Source of the DNA: Myxococcota bacterium
GTDB lineage: Bacteria > Myxococcota_A > UBA796 > CAJQPC01
Reading direction: 5' to 3'
Length of the DNA: 47,339 nt
Assembly (NCBI GenBank): GCA_036337845.1
Contig: JAYZDK010000165.1
Coordinates: forward strand, 1 to 47,339
The number at the start of each line of letters is the position of its first letter. The first letter of the stretch is position 1. Below are positions 36,093-46,200 of the stretch, piece by piece. Both the position numbers and the translations under genes were made by a program. The notes below the pieces were generated by a model that saw only the letters and a program-made list of their open reading frames with translations, searched no databases and was not told where the DNA came from.

Positions 36093-38891
36093 GGGTTTCG
36101 CCACCTCAGGTGTCCGAGGTGTCACTCTCGGTTTCGGGGATTTCTTGTTCCCCTTACCGGCATCCGAGGAGGCCGGTTTTGAGGGTTTAGAAGCCTTGGT
36201 CGTATCTCTCTTCTTGGATTCGATCCCCAATCGCAAATCCCGAACCTCTTCGGCTTTTCGTCGAGTCTTGGACAAACGGGGGTCCAAGCGAAGTGCGTCT
36301 CGAAAAGCCGCATACGCAGACTCAAGATCTTCTGCTTCCCAAAAGGCATCTCCCTGAGCATCCAAGGTCTTGGCCAGCGGCCTGGCCGTGGACAACAACG
36401 AAGACTCGCGATGGTCCTTGCGCCGAGCGGTAACAAGATGAGCCACCTTTTCTTCCTGAGAAGTGGCCTGCTCCGCAAGCTGCACATAGCATCGGGCCAG
36501 CTGGGTTTGGACCGACGGCAGGCTCTCCTTCATGAAGCCACGCTCTTCACTGGCATGATGGCGTGCCTTCTTCCAAAGCCTCTCTGCGTTGGCGCAGTCT
36601 GCCTCCGCCGCACTCACACGCAACGCTTCCAGCGCGTCCGAAGCTGCTTGTGAGGCCACTTCAGGCGCCACCACACGAAACACCTTTTCGAAGAACACTT
36701 CTCCCCGGCCCATTCGATAGGACTCGGGTTCCGTGGAATCAGCCAGCCTCCCGATAATCTTGCCCTTCTTCACATCCATCAGCAGAAATCCCAGACCATA
36801 CTCCCCAACCGGAAAACTCTCGGGCAGCACAATGTCCCAGCGCCCCCAGACGGCCTCCCCTTTCTTCCATTTCTTCGGAAGGTACCAGTCATAGCCAGGC
36901 GGAAGTGCTGCAGAGTGAAAGTGGCCTTGTCCATCGTCGATGAACGCCAGCAAGCGGAAATCCTTGGTCCGCAGGTCCCCCGAAAGCCAGGTCTCCAAGT
37001 ACAACACCTGGCCTTGGCCGATCTCAGTGGCCGGCACCTCAAAACCTTCCAGCACGATTTCCTTATCGAATTGCACCCGGCGTGCCGGTGTACCTTCAAA
37101 TCCTTCGTGCACGAACAAGCTCTTGCGAACGTGGTTGCCCACATGAAAGCTCTTACGGCCTGTGGGATACCCTGGAATCTCGATGTAGTCGGCCTTCCAG
37201 ATGGGCAGCCGCGGAATCTTGCTCTTGTTTGCCCAGCCTCCGTGCACATGTGCAAAGTCCGGGCGTCTCTCTTCAAACACGTACTCCGCCATAAAGTCCC
37301 GCTGGAAGAGGTGCTGCGCCATGGGTACGTCCACAAGGCCAGCGATATCGACGATATCCCATCCCGAGAACCACATGTGTGCACCCATGTCCACATCCAG
37401 CAGCGTGACCTCATCCAAGTGCATCTTCTTCTCGATGCCCTGCATGTAGGAGACCCGTCGTCGCACATCCGACACCGTGGTTTCCGGCGTAGGCGCCGCA
37501 TGGATGGAATTCCAAAGATTCGGCAGGGCCAACACCACCGCAACACACCAGGCCCCGATCATGCGGGCTCTCCCAGGACGAATAGGCAGCGCTTCCACAA
37601 GCGCCCCGACCCCCACAGCCAACAAGATGAAGTTCGGAACCGCGGTCAGGGAGAACCAACGCCATTGTTTCATCCAGTCCCCGCCGCTGACCAGAATGAA
37701 AAATACGGAACACAGCCCGACCACCAGAACGAGCACGCGAGCGAGCCCACCGCGTGTCCAGCGAGACGCCACGATCAACAAGAGAACGGAAAGCACGAGA
37801 AAGCCCACTCGAACCTTGTCCCAGTCGTGATGAATCGGAGAAAACACCGACTCCAATGCTGGCCACCAGTCCGGCTCTGCCCAGCGCCCCCCCTGAGCCT
37901 TCCACTCTTTGGGCCAGCGCATGCGTCCATTCCAAAAGAACACCACAGCACCCAGAGAAGTCAGTCCAAGCACCAACCATCGCCGCGCGTCTTTGAGGCC
38001 AACCAGTCCGATTGCATAGAGCGGAAGCGCAAAGGCCAGAAAATAGGCCCGTAGGTAGTTTCGGACATAGAGCCAGCCTCGGACATTCCATTTGAATGGC
38101 TTGAAGCGATTCTCTCCATCAAGCTTGGCGTAATAGGTATTGGGCCACTCCCAGCCAAAATACGAAAAACGCCATGCATGGTACAAACAGAAGGGCACCC
38201 AAAACACCGCGAGCCAGGCCAGAATGGGCCGAATCACGGGGCCTTGTCGCAGCGCCATGATCAAGCGAAACCCTCCAGCTATCGCTGCATAAAGAATCCC
38301 CTCGGGTCGGGTCATGGCCAACAACACAAAACAAACGGCCGAGAGCGGACGAGCCGAGCTAGCCCGACCTTCTCGCAGCACACACAACAAGCCAGCAGCC
38401 AGCAGAAAGTTGAATAGGCTGTTTTCCAGCCCGGAGGCATTCCACACGACAAAGGTGGTGGAAGCGGCCAAAAAGAAGGGCGCAAGAAGTGGGACCCCAT
38501 CCTCTTTGCCTGGCCGGCACTCTCGCACCAAAAGGTAGGAGAGAGGCAAAGTAAGTGCACCCAATACAGCCCCGAGAGCCTTCGCGCTGAACCAGACCGG
38601 GATCTTCAGTGCGTAGAAGATCGCGATCAGGAGCGTCCAGGTAGGGTTGGAATAGCCCTCGACGCGCTCCCCTCCTGGATACGCCACAAGGCCTTCACCT
38701 TCCACCAGGTTCCTGGCAAAGGAGTACGAGATCCCAGCATCTTCAATGAAATATGCCGAAAAGACGAGGTAATGCAGTACGTAGCCAATGCTCAGCAGTG
38801 TGAGCACATGCACGTGAATGCGCTCCCGCTCGGAGAGACTCAACCACCGAGCGGCAGTCGACTGGCAAAGGTTACGAAACAAGCTCTTCAT
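36024..38891 (-). CDS. Polytopic GT-C-like membrane glycosyltransferase-family protein with a large soluble C-terminal region and a Lys/Pro-rich tail
   Basis: The N-terminal approximately 470 aa contain about 12 hydrophobic segments. The first loop, FIEDAGISYSFARNLVEGEGLV...GERVEGYSNPTW, resembles the acidic first-loop motif of GT-C/PMT_2-type enzymes. The C-terminal half is soluble with helical repeat-like parts. The family call is by eye. Confidence 0.55.
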   Translation of the reverse strand: MKSLFRNLCQSTAARWLSLSERERIHVHVLTLLSIGYVLHYLVFSAYFIEDAGISYSFARNLVEGEGLVAYPGGERVEGYSNPTWTLLIAIFYALKIPVWFSAKALGAVLGALTLPLSYLLVRECRPGKEDGVPLLAPFFLAASTTFVVWNASGLENSLFNFLLAAGLLCVLREGRASSARPLSAVCFVLLAMTRPEGILYAAIAGGFRLIMALRQGPVIRPILAWLAVFWVPFCLYHAWRFSYFGWEWPNTYYAKLDGENRFKPFKWNVRGWLYVRNYLRAYFLAFALPLYAIGLVGLKDARRWLVLGLTSLGAVVFFWNGRMRWPKEWKAQGGRWAEPDWWPALESVFSPIHHDWDKVRVGFLVLSVLLLIVASRWTRGGLARVLVLVVGLCSVFFILVSGGDWMKQWRWFSLTAVPNFILLAVGVGALVEALPIRPGRARMIGAWCVAVVLALPNLWNSIHAAPTPETTVSDVRRRVSYMQGIEKKMHLDEVTLLDVDMGAHMWFSGWDIVDIAGLVDVPMAQHLFQRDFMAEYVFEERRPDFAHVHGGWANKSKIPRLPIWKADYIEIPGYPTGRKSFHVGNHVRKSLFVHEGFEGTPARRVQFDKEIVLEGFEVPATEIGQGQVLYLETWLSGDLRTKDFRLLAFIDDGQGHFHSAALPPGYDWYLPKKWKKGEAVWGRWDIVLPESFPVGEYGLGFLLMDVKKGKIIGRLADSTEPESYRMGRGEVFFEKVFRVVAPEVASQAASDALEALRVSAAEADCANAERLWKKARHHASEERGFMKESLPSVQTQLARCYVQLAEQATSQEEKVAHLVTARRKDHRESSLLSTARPLAKTLDAQGDAFWEAEDLESAYAAFRDALRLDPRLSKTRRKAEEVRDLRLGIESKKRDTTKASKPSKPASSDAGKGNKKSPKPRVTPRTPEVAKPSVEVDDGSQPDPKPASQAGSDD

Positions 38892-38920
38892 GGCGCATCG
38901 AAACTAACCGGGGCCTGGAG

Positions 38921-39283
38921 CTACCGCTTGCGCCGACGTCCACTGGGCTTTGTTGGCGCCACACGCTCTCGTGACCGGTTTCGGGCACGTCGCATGTGTC
39001 TTCGCCTTCTCAAATCGAAAAGTTCCGTAAGTTCCGCCGTCAATGCATCCAACTGCTCCCCCCGCTCAACCATCAACAGGCCGGCCGCATTTTGAGCGCG
39101 TTGCAGCTCCGGATCTCGGGCAACCACGGTTTCGGGTAACAGTCCCACAACCCGGCCAGCGAGCCTCGGACGCCCCCCAGCCAATGCCACACGTACGGCC
39201 TCTTCCACCCGGTCCAACTCACACTCCATGAGCGTTTCAACCCAGGCATCTTCTTCCACAGGCCTGCGACTGGGAAGGGCCAA
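38921..39283 (-). CDS. Small hypothetical protein with an Arg-rich C-terminal tail
   Basis: 120-codon ORF between pspA and the GT-C-like gene on the same strand. It has a TTG start at 39283 with no clear SD; an internal ATG at 39229 is possible. The tail is RRRRHMRRARNRSRERVAPTKPSGRRRKR. Coding status is uncertain. Confidence 0.4.
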   Translation of the reverse strand: MALPSRRPVEEDAWVETLMECELDRVEEAVRVALAGGRPRLAGRVVGLLPETVVARDPELQRAQNAAGLLMVERGEQLDALTAELTELFDLRRRRHMRRARNRSRERVAPTKPSGRRRKR

Positions 39284-39296
39284 CGGATCGGCACGC

Positions 39297-40007
39297 TCAG
39301 AGATTCTTTGGGCCTTCGGTTTGAGCGGCCTTACGGGCAGCCATCTGCTTCTTCAGTTCGTCTAGCTGGGATTGCGCGTTGGAATCCGCGGCCTTTTCGC
39401 GAATGTTGGCGAGCTTCTCGTCCAAAGAGGCTCCGTCAATCTCATCACCAATCTCCGCCTCAGCCTGGAGCTTTTCGATATTTTCTCTCACATTCTCCAA
39501 CGCCCGGATGTCTGCTTCTGTGGACAATCCATCGAGAGTCTCTTGAATCTGAATTCGAGCTTCCGCGTTGGCCTTTCGAGCCAACATCTGGTCCTTCTCC
39601 CTCTTCAGTGCTTCGATCTCTCCGGCAAACGCAATCAATGAGCGCTTGGAATCTTCAGCTTCCGCCGCATTCTTCTCCAGGGTGACCTGAAGCTCGGCAA
39701 TCTGCACCGTGAGTTCATCCTTCTTCTGGATGAGAACCAAAGCGGCTTCATCTTCACCTTCCTCAACCGCTACTGGAATCTGAGTTTGTATTTCTCCCAA
39801 CTCCTTTTGCTTGTCATCCAGCTCGGTCTGAGTCTTATTGCGCAAATACACAATGCCCGAGACTGCCTTCTTCAACTCGGCATGGCGCGAAATCCGCTCT
39901 TCGATGGCCGCTTCGTACACGGCTTCGGGATTGCTGGTCTCAGCCCCTCCGATCACCCCAGACCAAAATCCCTTCCAGAGGTTTCCCAGTCGCGAAAAGA
40001 ATCCCAT
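39297..40007 (-). CDS. pspA: PspA/IM30 (Vipp1) family membrane-stress protein
   Basis: ATG 40007 (MGFFSRLGNLWKGFWSGVIGG) with GGGAG upstream. The body is a long coiled coil with AIEERISRHAELKKAVSGIVYLRNKTQTELDDKQKEL, typical of the PspA_IM30 family. The ORF-track extension to 40268 is non-coding-like. Confidence 0.85.
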   Translation of the reverse strand: MGFFSRLGNLWKGFWSGVIGGAETSNPEAVYEAAIEERISRHAELKKAVSGIVYLRNKTQTELDDKQKELGEIQTQIPVAVEEGEDEAALVLIQKKDELTVQIAELQVTLEKNAAEAEDSKRSLIAFAGEIEALKREKDQMLARKANAEARIQIQETLDGLSTEADIRALENVRENIEKLQAEAEIGDEIDGASLDEKLANIREKAADSNAQSQLDELKKQMAARKAAQTEGPKNL

Positions 40008-40165
40008 TTCAAGCTCCCTCGTTCGGCGCTTGGAGCGCCTGTGTGACTCAGCCCACTTAGCCGGGCCTGTATTCCTCGTCCTTACGACCTGAAATATCCG
40101 ATCAAATACCGGACGATAGAGATTATACGTGCAGACCCGGTTTTTCTTGAGATATACGCGCCGAC

Positions 40166-41419
40166 ATGCTGGCAGTGTTTCTGCAAACAGTCTGGGCAGC
40201 CCCTCTTCCTGTCCACTTGGAACATGCACTCGACGAGCTTGATGCTCCCGAGCTGACCGCACCTGCACCCCCCAGTGAACGGCCCGATACCGACCCGTCC
40301 TCCTGGATCTATGGATACCTGCCGTACTGGTCCGAAGGCATCGAGGACGTTTCCTGGACGACCATGACCCATGTGGCCTGGTTTGATGTGGTCCTAGAAG
40401 CCGGGGGCGAGCTTGGAATGGTGTCGGCCTGGGAAGACAACGCCAGGCAGGTGGTGGAAAAGGCGGACGCCTACGGAGTGAAGGTCCACCTCACCCTGAG
40501 CTGTTTCGAGCCCCGCATTCAAGAAGAAGTACTCCTGAATCGTGGCCTGAGGAACCGGGTCATTGAGGACCTGGTCGACCTGGTCGAAGAAGGTGGTGCA
40601 CACGGCGTAAACATCGACTTTGAACGACTTCCTGGCTCCCTGCGCAGCGCGTTCGTCGATTTCGTGGAGCGTGTCGCACGCCGGGTAGACGAGGTGGTTG
40701 TGGCCACACCCTCAGTCGACTGGGAGGGAGCCTACGATTTGAGCCGTCTCGCTGCAACCTCGGATGCGCTGTTTCTGATGGGGTACAACTACTACCACTC
40801 CAGTGGCGACCCCGGCCCAACAGCCCCACTGACCGGTGGAAACATTTGGCTACCCTACAGCCTGGCCTGGAGCGTCGAAGACCATATCTCCCAAGGCGTT
40901 GACCCCAAGAAGATCGTGTTGGGGCTTCCGCTATATGGTCACTTGTGGCCCACAGCAGACACCGAGGTGCCTGGCGTTTCTACCGGGATGGCCTCATCGA
41001 TTTCCCTCGCCCATGCCATTCGGCAGGCCGAAGAGGTGGGCCGGAAGTATGACTGGGAAAGCGCCTCTCCCTATGCACTGCCCACTCGAACCTCACAGCT
41101 CTGGTACGACGACCCAGACTCCCTGATGGAGAAAGTGCGATATGCCCGCTCCGAGTCCTTAGCTGGCGTCGGGTTCTGGGCCCTAGGCTACACCCGGCAA
41201 GACTCCCCACTGTGGGTATCCTTGGAGAATGAGTTTTCTCAGCCTGCTGCCGGAGCCGGAGATTACTCTTTTGAATCGGCGAACCTGCTCACAGACGACG
41301 AACACGCTGTGAGCTTGAGGGGCTGCAGCAGCACCCCTCGCCCCACTGGGTTTGCCTGGGCTGTCTTTGCCCTGTTGGCCTGCTGGACCCGAGGCCGGTC
41401 AGGGACAACCGCCACCTGA
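40166..41419 (+). CDS. Glycoside hydrolase family 18-like protein with a MYXO-CTERM-like tail
   Basis: YGYLPYWS, THVAWFDV and GAHGVNIDFE (a DxE catalytic-type motif with the first two Asp replaced by H and N) are present, along with GFWALGY. The C-terminus RGCSSTPRPTGFAWAVFALLACWTRGR has Cys, a hydrophobic segment and basic residues. There is no obvious SD before ATG 40166. Confidence 0.7.
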   Translation: MLAVFLQTVWAAPLPVHLEHALDELDAPELTAPAPPSERPDTDPSSWIYGYLPYWSEGIEDVSWTTMTHVAWFDVVLEAGGELGMVSAWEDNARQVVEKADAYGVKVHLTLSCFEPRIQEEVLLNRGLRNRVIEDLVDLVEEGGAHGVNIDFERLPGSLRSAFVDFVERVARRVDEVVVATPSVDWEGAYDLSRLAATSDALFLMGYNYYHSSGDPGPTAPLTGGNIWLPYSLAWSVEDHISQGVDPKKIVLGLPLYGHLWPTADTEVPGVSTGMASSISLAHAIRQAEEVGRKYDWESASPYALPTRTSQLWYDDPDSLMEKVRYARSESLAGVGFWALGYTRQDSPLWVSLENEFSQPAAGAGDYSFESANLLTDDEHAVSLRGCSSTPRPTGFAWAVFALLACWTRGRSGTTAT

Positions 41420-43171
41420 TTCGCGAAATACCAGCCGCTTGCCTTCTTGGGGCTCAATGCCTCGGCAGGTCCGAGAGACACCGCTGAGAAACGTGACTTT
41501 TGCGGTGTACTCACCCGGAGGTAGCTTCGCTCGGTTGTCGGGAGTCACAAATCGTTTTCCGCCCATTGAGATCGTGGCCCCCGCAGGCGCAGAAACAACT
41601 GAGAAGGAAACAAACTCCGGTGGTGGTGGCGGCGCAGGCTCGAGCACCTCTGGTTCCGGTTCTGGCGCAGGAGCCGCCTTTTTTACAGGAGTCGCTCTCC
41701 GGGGGGGAGCTGCCTTGCGCTTCGGAGGTGGTTGAGCCGCGGTGTTTTTGGATGAAGTCTGAGTCGGCTGAACTCCACCGCCCTTCGGAGCCGTATCAGG
41801 CGTGGGGGTCACAGCCGCCGGCGTCACAGGCGGCTGGGATGCTTCCGGCGCAACTGCTGACTTTGCAGCCTCCGCAGGCTCCGCAGGCTCCGCAGGCTCC
41901 GCAAGATCCGGAGCCACATCCGCAGGAGCCGGCTTCTCTTCTGGCACCGCAACCGGCTCGGCCTCGGCCGGCATTTCCTTCAGCACACTCACTGTCTCCA
42001 CAACCGCCTTGTTTTCGCTCATAGACTTCTTGAGGAACACCATGCCCCCCACCGCCGTGATCATGCCCAGGACAGCAAGACTCATGGCCCAGCGCCCACC
42101 ACCAACGGCCATCAACAAAGAGCTTGTGGAAGCGCGAATAATCGACGAAGAAGATGCGCTCGGCGATCGAAGACTCGCGCTGGATTGAGAAAACGAACCC
42201 GACTCCACCACGATTCCAGGCTCGTCCAAGGGGATCGGTGGGCGACGGTCTCGATCCTCGTAGAGGGGCTCGACAATCGATTCACAGAATCGATCCAATG
42301 TGATGGACACACCGGGCAGGTGACCGAGAAGGTCCAAGCAGCGGGTGCGAAATTCCTGAGAAGAAGGTCGCTTGGTGGGGTCGTACTGCATCGAGTCTAC
42401 AAAGATCGACAACAAGGTTTCGAGTTGCTCGCCTCCTCCCGCGCCATGCGCCTCCCGCAGGGCATCAATCTTGGCGGAGATCTGCTGATGATGCCGATCC
42501 GGGTTGACCGAGAGTCTTCCCATCGGACGACCCGCAACAATCTCGTAGAAGGTCACCCCCAGAGCATAGACATCTACAGCAGGCCCCGAATCCAACCCAT
42601 CAAAGCGCTCTGGAGCCATGTACCTTGGAGACCCCAGCGTCACGTTCATCGTCTCGGCTTCTCGAGCTCCAAACTCCCCTCGGGCCGTACCAAAGTCCAG
42701 AACCTTGACGCCCCCGTTCACCGACAAGATGATGTTGGACGGCTTGATATCCCTGTGAACTACCCGCAGAGGTGCCTCCATACCGGGTGGAACCTTGTTG
42801 TAGGCAGCATCTAGCGCACCGGCAATCCGGGCCACAACCTGCAACGCCGCCCCGACAGGCAGAGCCCCATTTTCTTTGACGATCCGGTCGAGCGTCAGTC
42901 CGCGAACAAACTCCATCACCACGGCCGGACGGCCTTGCAGAGTGCTCAACTGCTCCACTCGCACAATGCTGTCGTGATTCAGGCGAGAAAGAAGCGCTGC
43001 CTCGTCTCGAGAGCGGTGCAAAATATCTTCGTTGTCCGCCCAGGAAGCCTTGAGCACCTTGAGCACCACGGTCCGTTCAATGGCTCCATCCTTGAGACGA
43101 GCCACATAGACTGTACCAAACGAACCCTCACCGAGGGTTTCGACCAGTTCTACATCAGAGGGTAGTGCCAT
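41399..43171 (-). CDS. Hanks-type Ser/Thr protein kinase with a Pro/Ala-rich linker, a TM segment and a C-terminal PEGA-like domain
   Basis: GEGSFGTVYVA, VVLKVLK, HRDIKPSNIIL, DFGTAR and PRYMAPE mark the kinase. The TM segment is WAMSLAVLGMITAVGGMVF. The C-terminus is VVSAPAGATISMGGKRFVTPDNRAKLPPGEYTAKVTF. I use ATG 43171; the ORF-track start at 43192 is a TTG. Confidence 0.9.
   Translation of the reverse strand: MALPSDVELVETLGEGSFGTVYVARLKDGAIERTVVLKVLKASWADNEDILHRSRDEAALLSRLNHDSIVRVEQLSTLQGRPAVVMEFVRGLTLDRIVKENGALPVGAALQVVARIAGALDAAYNKVPPGMEAPLRVVHRDIKPSNIILSVNGGVKVLDFGTARGEFGAREAETMNVTLGSPRYMAPERFDGLDSGPAVDVYALGVTFYEIVAGRPMGRLSVNPDRHHQQISAKIDALREAHGAGGGEQLETLLSIFVDSMQYDPTKRPSSQEFRTRCLDLLGHLPGVSITLDRFCESIVEPLYEDRDRRPPIPLDEPGIVVESGSFSQSSASLRSPSASSSSIIRASTSSLLMAVGGGRWAMSLAVLGMITAVGGMVFLKKSMSENKAVVETVSVLKEMPAEAEPVAVPEEKPAPADVAPDLAEPAEPAEPAEAAKSAVAPEASQPPVTPAAVTPTPDTAPKGGGVQPTQTSSKNTAAQPPPKRKAAPPRRATPVKKAAPAPEPEPEVLEPAPPPPPEFVSFSVVSAPAGATISMGGKRFVTPDNRAKLPPGEYTAKVTFLSGVSRTCRGIEPQEGKRLVFRESGGGCP
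41872..41907. repeat. 9-nt tandem repeat (CCGCAGGCT x3 plus one degenerate copy) inside the kinase linker
   Basis: The units sit at 41872-41880, 41881-41889 and 41890-41898, followed by CCGCAAGAT. The array encodes the (AEP)n stretch LAEPAEPAEPAEA on the minus strand and is in-frame. Confidence 0.8.
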
Positions 43172-43285
43172 TGATTCCCTTGCGAACCCCAAAAATGTAG
43201 CACGCCGCTACGTTCAGCGCGGGCTTGACCTCCAAACCCGGGTGTTCAACCGCCTCCGGATTTCAACGAAACAACGGGCGAGAGC

Positions 43286-46200
43286 TTACAAGCCGTTGGG
43301 GTAGGAAGCATCGCAAGTGCTGGCCGCGGCCCCTGGAGTACCCGAATTTCCGTTTGTAAAATCGTACTGGTCGGTGAATTCGGCCGGATAGCACCAGAGG
43401 GTGCCATCATCATTCTCAGTGGCCGTAAGGTTTGCTGGGTTGAGCGTCAGGCTCGCGCCTTCGACGATCGTGGGCCAACCCGACTGCCCCGGGGTCCAAC
43501 TCACCACATCGATAGAGTCACCGTCCAAGTCGAGGCTCAAGCTAGCGTTCAGGTCGGTGGAGAGACAAAACGAGGCCTCTGAGGTCGCGCCCTGTTGAGA
43601 GGTGCCGTTCACATCCGAGCCATAAACATAGTCACAGAAGGGCCCCAGCACGTCGTCGGAATGACACAGCACGGCATAGCCACTCGCCCCCACAACCAAC
43701 CCATCGACACCCACCACAAACTCAGCTCCGCTATCGCAGCTAGTGCTGAATCTCAGCCCATCCACAAACATATCCACGCTGGTCGGGTTGTAGATCTCAA
43801 ACCATTCCAAATCAGGCTCTGGGCCCGCTGGATCCGCATGAATCTCCGTAATGACGAGGTCACCAGCCAGGCGGAAGGTCTCGTCTACCAGATCGTCACA
43901 GTCATCATCGAGCTCGTTGGCCACCTCAGAGGCTGCGGAGTTGATTGCCGAATCGGTGTCGTCGCAGTCCGTGTCATCCGCGACATAGCCGGTGGGCACA
44001 GAACAATCCTCGGTGGAGGAATCGGGATTACCAAAGGTGTCGGCGTCCGCATCTTCATAGAAAGTGATCGTCACGCCATCGTCGACACCTCCCTGGCAGT
44101 CATCATCGATGTCATTGCATACTTCTGATGCACTGGTATTGACGCTGGCATTCGTGTCGTCACAATCGCCACCGGAGCTCACTGAGCCCGCGCCGTCCCA
44201 ACCGCCCGCATCGAGCACACAGATCGCTTCCAGATCACCGTCTCCATCCACCTCATCCGCAAGCAGCGAGCCGTCACAGTCGTTGTCCTGGCCATCGCAC
44301 AGCTCTACGGCACTCAAGAACACAGTGGCATCGCTGTCGTCGCAGTCATCGTTTGTGGCCGAACGCCCTGGCCCCAAATCACAGAAGATGAGCGAGTTCG
44401 TCTGGCTCTCATCGCCCTGGCCATCCCCATCGCTATCTGGGAACCACCCCGTACCTCCACTAGCACCCTCTGGATCGCTGTCGTCCGCCTGGCCGTCACA
44501 ATCCTCGTCCACGTTGGCAGCGTCACAGGTTTCGGCAGCGCCAGGACTGATTGCAGGGTCTGAATCATCGCAATCCCCACCGTCGGGCACTACGCCGCCA
44601 GGATCGGCGCACGCGGTCACCTCGGAGTCGTCATCTCCATAGGAGTCCCCATCCAGATCGGCATACCAACTATCGGCATCAATCGCACTGCCTTCATCGG
44701 GAGTTCCGTCGCAATCGTCATCCACTCCAGGGGTGCTGCAGAGCTCATTTTCCGCCGGATTGATATCGTCGTTACCGTCGTCGCAATCGTCTGCATTATC
44801 AGCCGTGAAGGTTCCACTGGGATCACAAGCTGAGTTGGGCGACACATTCGGATCACCGAACCCATCGAGATCACCATCGAAGTACCAGTCGGTGGGCCCC
44901 AACGCCCCTTCGGGATCATTGTCGTCGGTCTGGCCATCACAATCCTCGTCTACATCGCCCGCATCACAGACTTCCGCAGCAGCCGGACTGATGCCCGGGT
45001 CTGAATCATCGCAATCTTCATCACCCGAACTGGAGACGTACCCACTCGGCTGAGCACACGCTGCCGTGGTGGCGGTGGAGGTTCCAAAACCATCTCCATC
45101 GGCATCCTGGTAGAAGGTAATCGCATCAGAAGCGAAGTCGTCCACCACCCCACTACAGTCGTTGTCCAGACCATCGCACACCTCTGGTACTCCGGGAAAA
45201 ACGGAATCCAACAGGTCGTCGCAGTCTCCACCATCCGTGATGACCAGGGTGCCATCCCAACCCCCACTGTCGACCACACACTCCACGTAGCCGTCGCCAT
45301 CGTCGTCGTTTTCTTCTGGCGAAACCAGGCCATCGCAATCGTTGTCCCGACCATCGCAGAGCTCGGTGGCATTCGGATGGACCTGACTCGCATCCAACTC
45401 TCCAGGATCATCCAGGCAGTCATCCCCCCCTTGAATGCTCACGCCATCCCAGCCGCCGCCATCCACAGAACACTCCACGTATTGATCGGCGTCGTGGTCG
45501 AGTTCTACATCGGGAATCTGGCCATCGCAGTCGTTGTCGAGCCCATCGCAGAGCTCAGTGGCCTGCGGAAAAACCGTGCCGTCGGTGTCCTGACAATCAT
45601 CTGCTACCGCGACAAACCCGGTCGGGGCATCACAAGCATCTGCTACCTGCGTGACATCACCAAAGCCATCGGAGTCGAGATCTCGATACCAGAGGGTTGT
45701 GTTCTCAGCATCGGCTTCATCGATTTCTCCATCGCAGTCGTCATCGTGTCCATCACAGAACTCCAATGCGTTTGGATGGGCATCCGGGTCCGTGGGGCTG
45801 CAATCCAGGTCGTTGTCCACATAGGTGACCCCCGAGACCACCGGAGCCGAACACGCCAACTGCGTATCTAGTGGGTCCCCAAAACCATCACTGTCAGAGT
45901 CCGCGTACCAGGTGAGCGCGTCTGAGGCATCCGCTCCATCCACGGTTCCATTGCAGTCGTTGTCCAAGCCATCGCAAATCTCAACACCCGCATCGGCTTC
46001 TGGGGTGTCCGGGTCATCTGGATAGGCCGCCGCATGATTGTCATCACAATCTCCCGCCCGCGTGGCATTGAATGGCACAAAGGGCTCGCAGGTACATGCG
46101 GGCGCCAAGGAGTCACTTCCAAAGCCATCGCTATCGACATCCGCGTACCAGGTGCTGCAATCGAAAGCGCCTTCATCGTTGGCGCTGCCATCACAATCGT

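Noticed and set aside
43191-43211. Terminator between the giant gene and the kinase (GTAGC-GGCGT-GCTAC followed by ATTTTT on the minus strand)
   Set aside because: The stem is only 5 bp and the hairpin sits 20 nt from the kinase ATG. That is too weak to call, and co-transcription is equally plausible.
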